DNA of 64,000 bases from Verrucomicrobiota bacterium. Its GTDB lineage: Bacteria > Verrucomicrobiota > Verrucomicrobiia > Limisphaerales > Palsa-1400. Shown in pieces: positions 48,741-59,061 of this stretch (the first letter of the stretch is position 1; every line of letters begins with the position of its first letter). A program made the translations under genes and the position numbers. Below the pieces are notes generated by a model, which saw nothing but the letters and a program-made list of their open reading frames with translations, was not told where the DNA came from and searched no databases. Where the stretch lies: contig JBEKSF010000013.1 in the NCBI GenBank assembly GCA_049517295.1, positions 2,087 through 66,086 on the forward strand. Direction: 5' to 3'.

Positions 48741-51700
48741 TCAGTTGGCGGGGACGGTTTGCCAGGGTTGCAGGCGGACGGGGCCGATCAGGCCGGAGGG
48801 CGGGAGCGCGTCGTCCTTTTTCCAGTGGCGCCACGTGGTGAAGGTGAGGCGGCCGGTGGGGCTGGGCTTGCCGTCGAGCAGCCAGTCGGGCCAGGCCTTG
48901 AGCCGGTCGCCTTCCCATTGGCGATCGTCGGCCAGTTGTTCATCGCCGATGAGGCGGTTGGGCCAAAGATTGGTCACTTTGACTTGCAGACGATTGATGC
49001 CCGGCTGGGCGACGGAGGTGAGGTTCACGCGGAATGGCGGCTTCCAGAGAGTGGCCAGCAGTTGGCCGTTGAGGGAAACTTGGGCGAAGTTTTTTACGAC
49101 GCCAAGGTCAAGCCAGGCCTCGCGCCCCTGGCGCAGGAAATCGGCGGGAATCTCAATGTCCTTCTGGTAAGTCGCTGTGCCGGAGAAATAGCGCACGCCT
49201 GGGTTTGTGTGGTCGGCCCAGGAGATCAATTTGTCGAGGTGGATTTGCGAGGGCGCGCCCCAATCGGGCGGGAATGCGAGGTCCCAGTCGTTGGTCAGTT
49301 GGACGGGGGCGGGAAGATCATCAACGGAGACTTGGAGAGTTTTTCCCGCGGCCGTTGTGAGCTGGAAAGCGCCGTTGATCGATGTTCTGACGCACGGGCG
49401 GCCATCCAGGCTGGCGGCGTTCCATGCCGGCGCCTCGCCCTCGGAAGCGGATGGTGGAAGAGTCAAAGGTTCATTTTCGCTGACAGTGGCGGTCTTTGGC
49501 TGGCCATCGAGGGTGTAATCGACACGCAATTGTTTTGTGTGCCCGAAAGCAGGGTCGCCGCCAAACTGGCTGTTGCTGGCCAGGATTTCGAGTGAACCAT
49601 TGTTCGAAAGGCCGGCGACGGTGGCGGTAACGTCATTGGTTCCCGCGCCGTCCTCGGCCTGATAAAGCGCGCGGACAATATGAATTTTAGGCGGGGCTGG
49701 CGCGGGATGCTGGGATTCCGGGCCGCTGACCGCGATAACAGTGTCCATTTGGAGGGCGGGGCGGCGGAAGATAACAAAGACCGATCCGGCGGGATCGAAC
49801 TGGATATGCACGGTGGTGCGGCCATCTTGCTGGCTCCATATCGGGGCGGGTTCGATCTGCCCGGTATCGGGGTGCCAGAGTTCGGGCAATTTGCCGGAGA
49901 TGCGGAAGGTGCAATCGGCCGACTCGAATTGGCGGCGCTGGTTGGAGAGGAAGTAAATGTCGGCCTGATCGGTCAGGCGGTGGCAGAAGGCCAGTTTGGC
50001 CGAAGGCGAAGAGTTGGTGAACTCGAAGTCGGGCTTCAAGCCGCGGGCGGCGAACAATCCGGCCAGAGAGGGACCGCAAATAACGCGGCCCTTGCCGAAG
50101 GGATGTTCGGTGACGGTGGATCCATCGCATTGGCCCCAAAGCTCGTCAGCCAGCGATTTGACCTTTTGATCGCATTTGGGAAACCCTTGGAGGCTCGGGG
50201 AATGCCGCGGGCGGGGGCCGGCGACAGTGAGGCCGTCGCGGACGAAGCCGCGGATTTTGCGGAGAAGTTGCGGAGTCATTTGCGGGTCGTCGTGCAAAAG
50301 GACCAGAGCCGAGTAACTGGCGCCGCTGAGGAGTGTAAGGCGGCCATTTTTCATCCGCGCACGATGCAATAGAACGTCGGAGTTGATGGCGTCATAATCG
50401 TAGCCGGCAGGGAGGGGGGGGTTGATGTCGGGCATTTCGGAGGGGGCATTTTCGCCGCAGAAACAGGCAGCGTCGGCGACGAAGCGGCCTTGCTGGAGGA
50501 GGAATTGGCAGCGGGAGACATAGTCGATCCAGGCATTGCCCTGATCCCACCAGGTGACGGTACGCTCGAAGTTCAAACCCCACTGGCCCATGGTCATCCC
50601 GGGCCAGCGGTTGGTCCAGGGTTGCATGGCGTAGCGATGAAAGATGTAGCGGTTGAGGCCGGTGCAAAACATCAAGTCGCCCAGCGGTTTGAGCGCCCAG
50701 GGATCGTTTTGCCAGCGGGCCTGCTCCGGCGAGGAGGTGAAGGATTCGGCGGCGGCAATTTGCTTGCCGTAGATGTGAGCGATCGAAGCGGCGAGCTTGA
50801 CAGAGGGGTCGCCGTGGGTGCCGCTCCAGAATTCCCCCATTACAACGTCAGCGGCACGGCCACACTGCAACGACTCGTAAGGACCGGTGTAAGGCTCGAA
50901 GGAGGCCAACAGGCCGTATTGGTGGCACAACTGGGCAAAATGACCGTAGTAGTTTTCCGCGAACAGATCGGCGATGGTGCGGCGGACATCCCACAGGAAG
51001 CGTTCGGAGACGTCCATGTTGTCAACAACGCGGCCCGAGAAAGCCGGGAGCAGGAGGCGGGGATCGTAGCCGCGGCGTTTTTTGAATTCGGCGCGGAAGT
51101 TTGCGGACCAGTTTTGGCCGCCGACCTCGTAACTGTCAATTAGAACGTTGTTGAAGGTTTTTCCGGCCAGGGGACCGGCGTCGGCGATGAGGTTTTGGAC
51201 AAATCCCGCCCAGTGGGCGTCGAGGGCCGCGGGGGTGAATTTGTCGCACTCCAGGCCGGTGCCCTCCGGGGGGGCGGGATGATTATCCTGGTCCTTTGGC
51301 GTGTAGCCAACGCGCAGGATGATCCAATCGCCCGCCGGCACCTTCCATTTGAGTTTGCCATCGTGACGGAGCCTGGAGGTGAGGTCCACGATGCCGCCGC
51401 GCGCAATGGCCTGGCCCGGGGCGGCGGTGGTTGCGGAGGAGGAGTTGACAAAGTCCCCGCTGAAACCTGCCTTGGCCTGGAGGTTGTCAATTTCCATGCT
51501 TTTGGTGAGGGGGGCTTTGAAAGCGAGCGTTGCGATGTCGCGGTAGAAGCCGAACATGGTGGGAGGCTGCGGCAGAGCGCCATCGAAGAGGGAGGGGCCG
51601 GTGAGGCGCAGTTCGCTGGTGACGACGTGTTGCATGGCGTGCTCCGGCGTGTTCCACGGGCCGCCGCTGCTGGACCATCCGGCGCAATTGTGGACGCAAA

Positions 51701-52022
51701 TCTGAAGGCCCAGGCGGTCGGCTTCGTTGAGGCAATGGGTGAACAACTGGTGCCATTCCGGGCTGTTGAATTTGACCGGGCCGGCGGGAATCTCGCAATC
51801 GACGTTGAAGATTTGCGCGCCGCTCAATCCGATTTGCTTCATGGCTTCGAGGTCGGCGGTGATGCCTTCCTTGGTGACGTTGCCGTTCATCCAATGCCAC
51901 CAGGTCTGCGGGCGGGCGGAGGGCGGAGGGGATTGAAAGCCTGCTTCAAGCGGGTCGGCGGCGAGGGCGGCGCACGGGAGCAAGAAAAAGAAGGCAAGAG
52001 AGGGAATGATTCGATTTTTCAT
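48741..52022 (-). CDS. Secreted GH106-family glycoside hydrolase (alpha-L-rhamnosidase-like)
   Basis: Signal peptide from MKNRIIPS; PQTWWHWMNGN, GWSSSGGPW, DSYEV, AAESFT, VTNLWPNRLIGD, PSGLIGPV. Confidence 0.9.
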   Translation of the reverse strand: MKNRIIPSLAFFFLLPCAALAADPLEAGFQSPPPSARPQTWWHWMNGNVTKEGITADLEAMKQIGLSGAQIFNVDCEIPAGPVKFNSPEWHQLFTHCLNEADRLGLQICVHNCAGWSSSGGPWNTPEHAMQHVVTSELRLTGPSLFDGALPQPPTMFGFYRDIATLAFKAPLTKSMEIDNLQAKAGFSGDFVNSSSATTAAPGQAIARGGIVDLTSRLRHDGKLKWKVPAGDWIILRVGYTPKDQDNHPAPPEGTGLECDKFTPAALDAHWAGFVQNLIADAGPLAGKTFNNVLIDSYEVGGQNWSANFRAEFKKRRGYDPRLLLPAFSGRVVDNMDVSERFLWDVRRTIADLFAENYYGHFAQLCHQYGLLASFEPYTGPYESLQCGRAADVVMGEFWSGTHGDPSVKLAASIAHIYGKQIAAAESFTSSPEQARWQNDPWALKPLGDLMFCTGLNRYIFHRYAMQPWTNRWPGMTMGQWGLNFERTVTWWDQGNAWIDYVSRCQFLLQQGRFVADAACFCGENAPSEMPDINPPLPAGYDYDAINSDVLLHRARMKNGRLTLLSGASYSALVLLHDDPQMTPQLLRKIRGFVRDGLTVAGPRPRHSPSLQGFPKCDQKVKSLADELWGQCDGSTVTEHPFGKGRVICGPSLAGLFAARGLKPDFEFTNSSPSAKLAFCHRLTDQADIYFLSNQRRQFESADCTFRISGKLPELWHPDTGQIEPAPIWSQQDGRTTVHIQFDPAGSVFVIFRRPALQMDTVIAVSGPESQHPAPAPPKIHIVRALYQAEDGAGTNDVTATVAGLSNNGSLEILASNSQFGGDPAFGHTKQLRVDYTLDGQPKTATVSENEPLTLPPSASEGEAPAWNAASLDGRPCVRTSINGAFQLTTAAGKTLQVSVDDLPAPVQLTNDWDLAFPPDWGAPSQIHLDKLISWADHTNPGVRYFSGTATYQKDIEIPADFLRQGREAWLDLGVVKNFAQVSLNGQLLATLWKPPFRVNLTSVAQPGINRLQVKVTNLWPNRLIGDEQLADDRQWEGDRLKAWPDWLLDGKPSPTGRLTFTTWRHWKKDDALPPSGLIGPVRLQPWQTVPAN

Positions 52023-52056
52023 GTTACAGCGAACAACGATTAGCGGAGGGCGGGGC

Positions 52057-54942
52057 TTAATGCGAGAGCAAAGTGACGACGCGATAGATACGTCCGGCGG
52101 GCGGCGCGGAGGGATCGGTGACATTAATGAGGACGCCCCGGCCCAGGATGTTGGTGAGCGTTTGCCATTGGGCGTCGGAGAGGTTGTTTTTGAATTGCAC
52201 GCTGCTGGTGTGCGCGCCGGGGGCCTGGAACTGGCAGGAGAAGGTTTCACCCTGCGCGACGGGGTTGAGCAGTTGGACGGGAATAAACTGGAAGGCGGGA
52301 AGGCCGTCATTGATCAGGCTGGCCGCGCCGGTTTGGCGATTGATCGAATACCATTGCAGCGCGGAATCGGCGGTGGCCTGGTAATAAAGGAGGCAAAAAG
52401 GATAAACGCCGGTTTGCTGGACGATGAAGTCCTGGACGGTGGGATTGGACGGATCGGTGACGGCGCGGCCGCCATTGTAACTCATAATAACCGGCGTGGA
52501 GAGCGGTGACGTGCCCAGGCTCAGTTGAAAACCATCGTCGCTGATCACGGCAAAGCGGTAAATGCCGTTGGTCAGCGGGAGATAGGTGACGGCGGCCAGG
52601 GAGAAGAACTGGGGGAAATTGGTGTAGGAGCCGGGCAGGGTCGTGGCCACGTAGGGAAAGGGGGAGACGTTGTTGGTGAAGAGGCCCACCGGGGGAAGAT
52701 TGGTTCCCGCGCCGCGATAATCGATCACGTTGGTCTCGGCGTAGAAGCCGCTTCCGTCGGGGCCGGCGGCTTCGTTGGAAAAAGGCTCTCCGGTGGCGGG
52801 ATTGATGATCTGACCGGCGAGCTGTTTTTCGGCGGTTGCGGCAGAGGGCGGAAACAAGGAGGAGGAAGCGCCGTTGGTGGCCTTGACGATTTGAATGATA
52901 AACCCGCGATCGACGGCGGAGCCCAGCGGCAAGGCGGCAGCCGCCGGGAGGACGGGCAGGGATTGGACGGTGAACTGCCATTGGTTGGTCTGCCAAACCG
53001 AGCCGTCGGAAAAAATCGCCTGCACCGTGTTGAGCGAGCCGCCGGGGAGAAGCGAAGGGACAGCATAATTGACAGCAGCGCCGGCGGCGTTGTTCGAGAC
53101 TGCTAGGGCACTGGTCACTTCCACGCCGTTGAGAAAGAGCCGGATGCTGGCGGGTTGCACGGCACTGGCGCGGTTGGCGATGGTGAAGGTGATCGTGACG
53201 TCGGGAGCGATTCCGGTCGCGTCCGGCGTGGGATAGCCGGCGGCGATGTAGGGCGGCAACGGGGCGGTGTTGGTGGAGGGGAAGAAGAGCCAGTAATTGA
53301 TATTGCAGGAGGCGGCCAGGCAGGTGGCGCGCAAGGTGTTTGTGCCCGCCAATTTCAAGACGACAGGATTGCCGAAGAAATCGGTCAGCGGGACATTGGT
53401 GTAGGATTGGCCGCCGCCGGCGCCGGACGGGCAAAGCAACGTGCCGAGGGCGGCGCGCGGCTGGGTGGAATTGGCGGTGGTGGGCGAGGCCAGGCGTTCG
53501 AGCAGCATGGCGGGATTGCCGGAGACCGCCGCCATCCGGCCATAGACGACGCAGGCGAGATTGCTGAAGGAGCGGGTGTAGTCCTCCCATTCGCCCACCT
53601 GGATGGAAGTGAGGCTGTAGTCGGGGAGGTCTTGCTGGAAATAGATCGGGCGGGGCGTGTCGGCATTGGTGATGACATCGACAAAGCCGCTGTCTTGCGG
53701 GCGATAGACATTGGCGCCGGCATCCGGCGCGAAGGGCTTGAAGGCGTCCACGTTGGCGAAGGCGAAGGCGTTGGTTGAGAGGGCGCCCAGGCCGTCTTCG
53801 GCCGCGCCGAATTCATCGACGACGGGGTCTGGGATGAAATTGCCGCCGTAAAAGTTGTAGTCCTCCGCCTCGATGAATTGCAAATCGAAGGACCATGTGT
53901 TGAACGAGAAGGTCTGAGTGGCGGCATTCCCGCTGAGATCGACGACGTTGATGGAGGCGGTGAAGGCGACGTTGGTTTGCGGCGGGACGGTAGTATTGAC
54001 GTACCAATGGGCGGGCGCGCCGGAAAAGGAGAGGCCGTTGGTTTGCACCGCACCATTTAAGGTCAGCGTGATACGATTGGTCGCGACGCCGGAAAAGGGG
54101 GAATAGACCTGGAAAGACACGCCGCCGGCGGAGGGATCAACAAAGGCGGCGCCATTGGCGGGAAGAACGTTTTCAATGAGGGGCGGCAGGGCGGTGGCGG
54201 CGCTGACGGATAGTTGGTTGAAAAAGACGTTGCCGCCTGCGCCCGCATTGAGATTGTAACAAGCGAAACCATTGACCGGACCGGCATGGAGGAACGGCTC
54301 GGTGGGAAAAGAGGCAAGGAGCGTGACGCCGTCCGCGGTACGAATCATCAGGAAATAATTTGTGTTTGACAACGGGGCGATTTCCAGGAGGAGGCCGTTT
54401 TCATTCCAGCCGATGCCGGTGTCGGTCACGCCGTTGCCGTCGGAAAGCAAATAATCGGCGCCGCCGCCCGGGAAATAGAAGCTCAGGCACGCGTTGGAAG
54501 CGATGGCGGCGAGGGTGTTGGTGGCCACCGTGCCGGAGGCGGGCAGGAGACTGATTCCGGCCGCGCCGCCGGCGGCCACGTCGTTGTTGGCGAAGATGAC
54601 CTTGAAGAGCTGTGCGGGGGCGAGGGAGGCGCGCAAGCCGCGCCAGGCCACTGCTTCGTTGTAATCCGGGCCATTGGCGTAAAGGCCGAAGGATTCATCG
54701 CCGGTGTCCATGGCCGGGATGCCGGAGGTATAAAGAAAAAAACCGGAGTAATCGTCGGAGGCCGGAGTGTTGTTGTTGTCCTGGAGAATCCAAGGCAGAA
54801 AGCCGCTGCCGCCGTTTTCGCCATTGCTCCAGCCGCTGGTGTAATTGGAGGCCTTGTCCTGGGCGACGGTCTGGGCGTTCACCCCGCCTGACCGGACGAG
54901 CACGAGCAGGCAAAGCAAAAACAAACGGGACAATCGGCTCAT
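52057..54942 (-). CDS. Secreted multidomain protein (Ig-like, CBM6-like, PA14-like), no catalytic domain recognised
   Basis: Signal peptide; FIEAEDYN...GEWEDYT (CBM6-like); GIYRFAVISDDGFQL (PA14-like); ends RIYRVVTLLSH. Confidence 0.72.
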   Translation of the reverse strand: MSRLSRLFLLCLLVLVRSGGVNAQTVAQDKASNYTSGWSNGENGGSGFLPWILQDNNNTPASDDYSGFFLYTSGIPAMDTGDESFGLYANGPDYNEAVAWRGLRASLAPAQLFKVIFANNDVAAGGAAGISLLPASGTVATNTLAAIASNACLSFYFPGGGADYLLSDGNGVTDTGIGWNENGLLLEIAPLSNTNYFLMIRTADGVTLLASFPTEPFLHAGPVNGFACYNLNAGAGGNVFFNQLSVSAATALPPLIENVLPANGAAFVDPSAGGVSFQVYSPFSGVATNRITLTLNGAVQTNGLSFSGAPAHWYVNTTVPPQTNVAFTASINVVDLSGNAATQTFSFNTWSFDLQFIEAEDYNFYGGNFIPDPVVDEFGAAEDGLGALSTNAFAFANVDAFKPFAPDAGANVYRPQDSGFVDVITNADTPRPIYFQQDLPDYSLTSIQVGEWEDYTRSFSNLACVVYGRMAAVSGNPAMLLERLASPTTANSTQPRAALGTLLCPSGAGGGQSYTNVPLTDFFGNPVVLKLAGTNTLRATCLAASCNINYWLFFPSTNTAPLPPYIAAGYPTPDATGIAPDVTITFTIANRASAVQPASIRLFLNGVEVTSALAVSNNAAGAAVNYAVPSLLPGGSLNTVQAIFSDGSVWQTNQWQFTVQSLPVLPAAAALPLGSAVDRGFIIQIVKATNGASSSLFPPSAATAEKQLAGQIINPATGEPFSNEAAGPDGSGFYAETNVIDYRGAGTNLPPVGLFTNNVSPFPYVATTLPGSYTNFPQFFSLAAVTYLPLTNGIYRFAVISDDGFQLSLGTSPLSTPVIMSYNGGRAVTDPSNPTVQDFIVQQTGVYPFCLLYYQATADSALQWYSINRQTGAASLINDGLPAFQFIPVQLLNPVAQGETFSCQFQAPGAHTSSVQFKNNLSDAQWQTLTNILGRGVLINVTDPSAPPAGRIYRVVTLLSH

Positions 54943-57900
54943 GGAAAAACCTGGATGAGATAAAAGGTGTCCGGCGCGTTGGTGTAATTGAGATCGAAGA
55001 AAGAACTGTTGGAGCCGGCGGCGCTCAAGACCGGGCTGATGGGCTGGAATGGATTGTTGAGGTTGGTGGTGGCCAGGACTTGGTAGGATTTATTGGAGAC
55101 GCTGTTCCAAGAGACAAGGCCGTTGGCGACGCTGGTAATCTGGAGCCACGTGGCGGGGTTGGTGGGATTGGTGCCCGCCACAATGGAGTCGTAAGCAGGC
55201 AATCCGAAAACGGGCGAGGAGCTGTTCGGATCGAAAACCAGCACCGTCCGTTGGGCGCTCAGGAGTTGGGCGCCGTCGAAGGAGACGTTGATGACATCGG
55301 CGCCCGGAGGCGGAGCGAGCCATGTATAATTAAAGGTGCGCATGGCCGGTTCACAGGTTTCGCCCCCGATGTAATAGAGAGGCTCGAAGCCGGCGGTCCA
55401 TCGCGGCTGGGTGACGCCGTTGACGGAGACAGTGAAATTCTCAATGTCATTGGTGTCGAGATTCGGCGTGAAACAGGCCTGGATGGTATAGACGCTGTTG
55501 GAGCCGAGAAGGAAGGCCATTCCGTCGGCGGGCGGGGAAGTGATTTCAAGGGAGGCGGCGGGCGCGGCGGTAAAAAAGGAATCGGTCAGTGTCGTGACGC
55601 GGTTGGTCAAGACCTGCGTGGTGATTTCACTGAGCAAGACGGTGATCGTGGCGGGGCCGTTGGTGGGCACGGCCGCGTAGGTGAAGTGGAATTCCTGCGG
55701 CAGATTCGGATAGAGAGCGTTCAAGGCCGGGGTGGGCACGGCAACCGGCGGGGAACTGACGAAGATCGGAACGCCATTGCGCGAGCCATTGCCATAATTA
55801 TAGCCGGTGGCAACGTCGTCATTGGCGGGGCTGCTGTCAGCGATATTGATCGACGCGGCCGTCGCGGTGCCGTCGGCCCGGACAATGACGGTATAGGTGG
55901 AGTTGGTGATGGTCGTGCCCGGGGCCGGAGAAACAATCACGCCGGACGGGGTGGCCGCGTCGTAATAGAAGGTCTCCAGAAAGGTATTGAAGACGCTGGA
56001 TTTGCCGGTGCGCGGCAGGAAGGGGCGCGCGCGGACGATGTGCCAGCCGGGCTGGAGACCGGTGAGCACGCTGTTGGTGCTCAGATCATTGGCGGTCCAG
56101 ACCAGCGCGGCGGCGGGATTGAAGTTGGTGATGGAGGCTTCGGTCAATCCATAGAGCTTGGCGGGGTCGGCGTCGGAAATGGGCTGGATGTTGTTGTCAA
56201 AAAGGGCGACGGCGTAACGGACGGTTGCGCCGCTGGTATTGACAGCGGCCGGGAGAGTGCCTTTCCACCAGTCGATGGTGGGATCGGTTGGATCCTGGGC
56301 CATCAAGGCGAGGGGGACAGTGCGGGTGGTCCCGGCGCCGTGGCCGTAGGCGCCCTGGGGAGCACTGCCATCGGTTGTGTAGTAAATCGACCCTTGGGTG
56401 ATTTGCGACTGATAGCCGACTTTGACCCAGACATCGACGGACTGGCCGGGGGAGGGATTGAGGGGATTCAACTGGCTGGGCGGCGGGTTGGCGGCGATGT
56501 TCACGATGTCAGAGGGATTGTGATAGACCCATAAGGCGGTGCCGTTGGTGATGCCGGCGGCATTGCCTTCCCCCAGCGCGACCGTGTTCGAGCCGCCGAC
56601 GGTGTAAGCATAGACTTCGGCTCCAAGGGAGGTGACGTTGTCGCGGGAGATGTCCCCGGCGGCGAATTTTTCCGGCCCGTAACGGAAATCAAAGGCGGTT
56701 TGCTCGTAACCGAGAAAGACATCGTCAGCGTAACCCGGCTTGTTGTCGCGCAAATCGAGCACGCCGGCGGTGTAGATGTTGGAGGCGCCCAGATCCATCT
56801 GGCTGTTGAGGTCGATGCCGCCGTCGAGCTTGACCAAAGCATTGACAGAAGAGGCATCGTTGCGGACGAGGATGTCAAAGGGGGCGTTGGTGAGGATGGG
56901 AAAGTCGATGGCGTAGGTGAGGTTGCTCACGTTATGGCCGGCGACGAGGTTGCCGTTGGAGTCGATGCGTCCGCGCATTTTGAACGGATAAATGGGATTG
57001 AAATTGGGGTCGCCGTTGGCGCCGTCGGTTCGATGAAAGGTGAGGCTGGGCACCGGGTTGCCTCCCTGGCGGAAGGTGATGGCGTCGCTCAAGGCGGAGC
57101 GGCTGGGTTCCGGCCATTGATAGCCGTAACAGACGTAGCTGCCGGCGGGGATTTTGAATTCGATCGCGCCGCCGCCGGGAGCGAGGGTCTGGCCGCCGAT
57201 GAAGACGGCGCGATTGACGGGATTGGGGTCGTTGGCGGTGGCCTGGGCTTCGGCGAGGCTGGCCGTGGCGTTGCGCACGAGCAATTTTGAACAGGCGCCG
57301 CTGTTATCGAAGACCCAATCCTCGTTGGTGCTGCCGGTCGGGCCGGAAGCCAGTTGCGATAGAACCGAGCCGGGCGGGAAACCGACGACCAGGCCGACGC
57401 CGCGGGAATTGATGACGGGAAAGCAGTCGTAATAGGTGCCGTCGGTCAATTGGGCGACTCCGTCGTCGAAGCATTGATCACCCTGGCCGGCGACCATGTA
57501 GTCATTCATTGCGAACAAAAGGGTGACCTGGTCCTGGGCATTGGCGGGGCTGCCTTCGCGGTTGTCGTATCGCTCGAAACAAACGACGGTGCTGTCGCTC
57601 CAGCGCGAGGTCTGCAAACCGCGGGCCAGTTGATGCTGCAAGAACGCGATGTCCGGCATGGTTTGGTCGCCGAACTGGCCGAGGTAGTTGGCATTGGGAA
57701 TGCCGGGGAAGGGAGGGCTGCTTTGGGATTCATTGTAGCCATCGGAATAGATCTCCGGCAGGCCCACGCGCATAAAATTGTAGGCGTTCTGCAAGGCGCG
57801 CACGGCGTAGGAAATGCCGCAATAGGTATTGTCCGCGCTCTGCGAAAACTGAACTCCTTGGAAGCCGATGATTGAGTCGCCGTCCTGCTGGAGAGACCCC

Positions 57901-59042
57901 CAGTTGGTCGAATCCATGCCGCTCATGGTCGCGCCGGGGATGCCCAGGATGCCGTTGAGGGCGTTCTGGCCGGGCGCGTTGAGCAGCCTCATGCCGCGGG
58001 TGATGTATTCGCTGAAGCTGGGCGGCTCGCCAAGATGCTCGCCGAAGATCATCGCGTCATTGCGCGGCGCCTCGGTGTCAAAAAGGCTGGTGCGGTTGTC
58101 ATTGGTGTCGAAGTAGCCGTTGCCGGTCACGTTTTGGCCGTAGCCGTGGACGTAGTTAAACATGGTCTGGATTGCGCCGCAGTAGCCGTTGGGCGAATCG
58201 GTGGTGTCGCCAAAGAAGCCCGACGGGACGTGTTTGACGGCGTCCAGGCGAAAGCCATCGCATTTGGTTTCGTTCAACATCCAGATGACGGCGCGGCAGA
58301 GGTAGCCGCCGACGTCCTCCGGAGTTGGATTGCCGTTGGTGCCGTTGAAGGGATGCCAGGGGCCGGCGATGGCGGGCAGATTGGTGTCCATGTAGAATTC
58401 GGGATGGGTGGGGTGGCGGACGAAGAAGATTTTTGGAATGGTGTCGCCCAAGGCCGGGCCGAAGTTATCGTTGATTCCGCCGGGTTCCTGGGCCAGATCG
58501 ACCAACCCCAGCAGCGACTCATTCTGGACATCCCATTGGTCGTTCCAATCGCTGACTTGCGGGACGTTTTGAAAGAAACCATTGGGAGTGGTGAGCAAAT
58601 GGAAGTCCTGCGGAAAAAGGCCTGGGTAATAGTTGATGGGGGTGGCGCTGTTGTAACCGGGCACGACGTAGCCGCGGTGGTTGACAATGTTGTCAAAATA
58701 GACGCGGATGCCGAAGCGATGAGCGATGAGGACGGCTTGCCGCAACTGGGCCTCGGTGCCGTACATGGTGGCAATGGAGCCTTGCTGGTTCTGGCTGCCC
58801 AGGTCGAAGGGATCGAACTGGTCATAACCGACGGAGAAGACGCTGCTGGCTTTGTAGGGGGGAGGCAACCAGAGGCTGTCATAGCCGGCTTCGGCGATTT
58901 CGGGCATTTTCTGGGCCAACTGAGTCCAATTGACGTTGAAAAGCTGGAGCATCGATTCGGCGCGGGCGGCGCCGCCGCACGGGCACGAGAGGCAGAGGAG
59001 AAAGCAGAGAGAACGCAGTTTTCTAATGAGATTCCGTGGCAT
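54939..59042 (-). CDS. Large secreted GH13 alpha-amylase-family protein with Ig-like and C-terminal domains
   Basis: GYDSLWLPPP, GYDQFDPFDLG, region I DNIVNH, region II GFRLDAVKHV, region III FGEH. Confidence 0.85.
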   Translation of the reverse strand: MPRNLIRKLRSLCFLLCLSCPCGGAARAESMLQLFNVNWTQLAQKMPEIAEAGYDSLWLPPPYKASSVFSVGYDQFDPFDLGSQNQQGSIATMYGTEAQLRQAVLIAHRFGIRVYFDNIVNHRGYVVPGYNSATPINYYPGLFPQDFHLLTTPNGFFQNVPQVSDWNDQWDVQNESLLGLVDLAQEPGGINDNFGPALGDTIPKIFFVRHPTHPEFYMDTNLPAIAGPWHPFNGTNGNPTPEDVGGYLCRAVIWMLNETKCDGFRLDAVKHVPSGFFGDTTDSPNGYCGAIQTMFNYVHGYGQNVTGNGYFDTNDNRTSLFDTEAPRNDAMIFGEHLGEPPSFSEYITRGMRLLNAPGQNALNGILGIPGATMSGMDSTNWGSLQQDGDSIIGFQGVQFSQSADNTYCGISYAVRALQNAYNFMRVGLPEIYSDGYNESQSSPPFPGIPNANYLGQFGDQTMPDIAFLQHQLARGLQTSRWSDSTVVCFERYDNREGSPANAQDQVTLLFAMNDYMVAGQGDQCFDDGVAQLTDGTYYDCFPVINSRGVGLVVGFPPGSVLSQLASGPTGSTNEDWVFDNSGACSKLLVRNATASLAEAQATANDPNPVNRAVFIGGQTLAPGGGAIEFKIPAGSYVCYGYQWPEPSRSALSDAITFRQGGNPVPSLTFHRTDGANGDPNFNPIYPFKMRGRIDSNGNLVAGHNVSNLTYAIDFPILTNAPFDILVRNDASSVNALVKLDGGIDLNSQMDLGASNIYTAGVLDLRDNKPGYADDVFLGYEQTAFDFRYGPEKFAAGDISRDNVTSLGAEVYAYTVGGSNTVALGEGNAAGITNGTALWVYHNPSDIVNIAANPPPSQLNPLNPSPGQSVDVWVKVGYQSQITQGSIYYTTDGSAPQGAYGHGAGTTRTVPLALMAQDPTDPTIDWWKGTLPAAVNTSGATVRYAVALFDNNIQPISDADPAKLYGLTEASITNFNPAAALVWTANDLSTNSVLTGLQPGWHIVRARPFLPRTGKSSVFNTFLETFYYDAATPSGVIVSPAPGTTITNSTYTVIVRADGTATAASINIADSSPANDDVATGYNYGNGSRNGVPIFVSSPPVAVPTPALNALYPNLPQEFHFTYAAVPTNGPATITVLLSEITTQVLTNRVTTLTDSFFTAAPAASLEITSPPADGMAFLLGSNSVYTIQACFTPNLDTNDIENFTVSVNGVTQPRWTAGFEPLYYIGGETCEPAMRTFNYTWLAPPPGADVINVSFDGAQLLSAQRTVLVFDPNSSSPVFGLPAYDSIVAGTNPTNPATWLQITSVANGLVSWNSVSNKSYQVLATTNLNNPFQPISPVLSAAGSNSSFFDLNYTNAPDTFYLIQVFP

Positions 59043-59061
59043 CCGCAGCCAATCGGTTGAT

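Noticed and set aside
52023-52310. N-terminal extension of GH106 overlapping the upstream gene
   Set aside because: A signal peptide starts at 52022; the extension looks non-coding.
54612-56534. 640-aa plus-strand ORF
   Set aside because: Antisense shadow of the GH13 and secreted protein genes.
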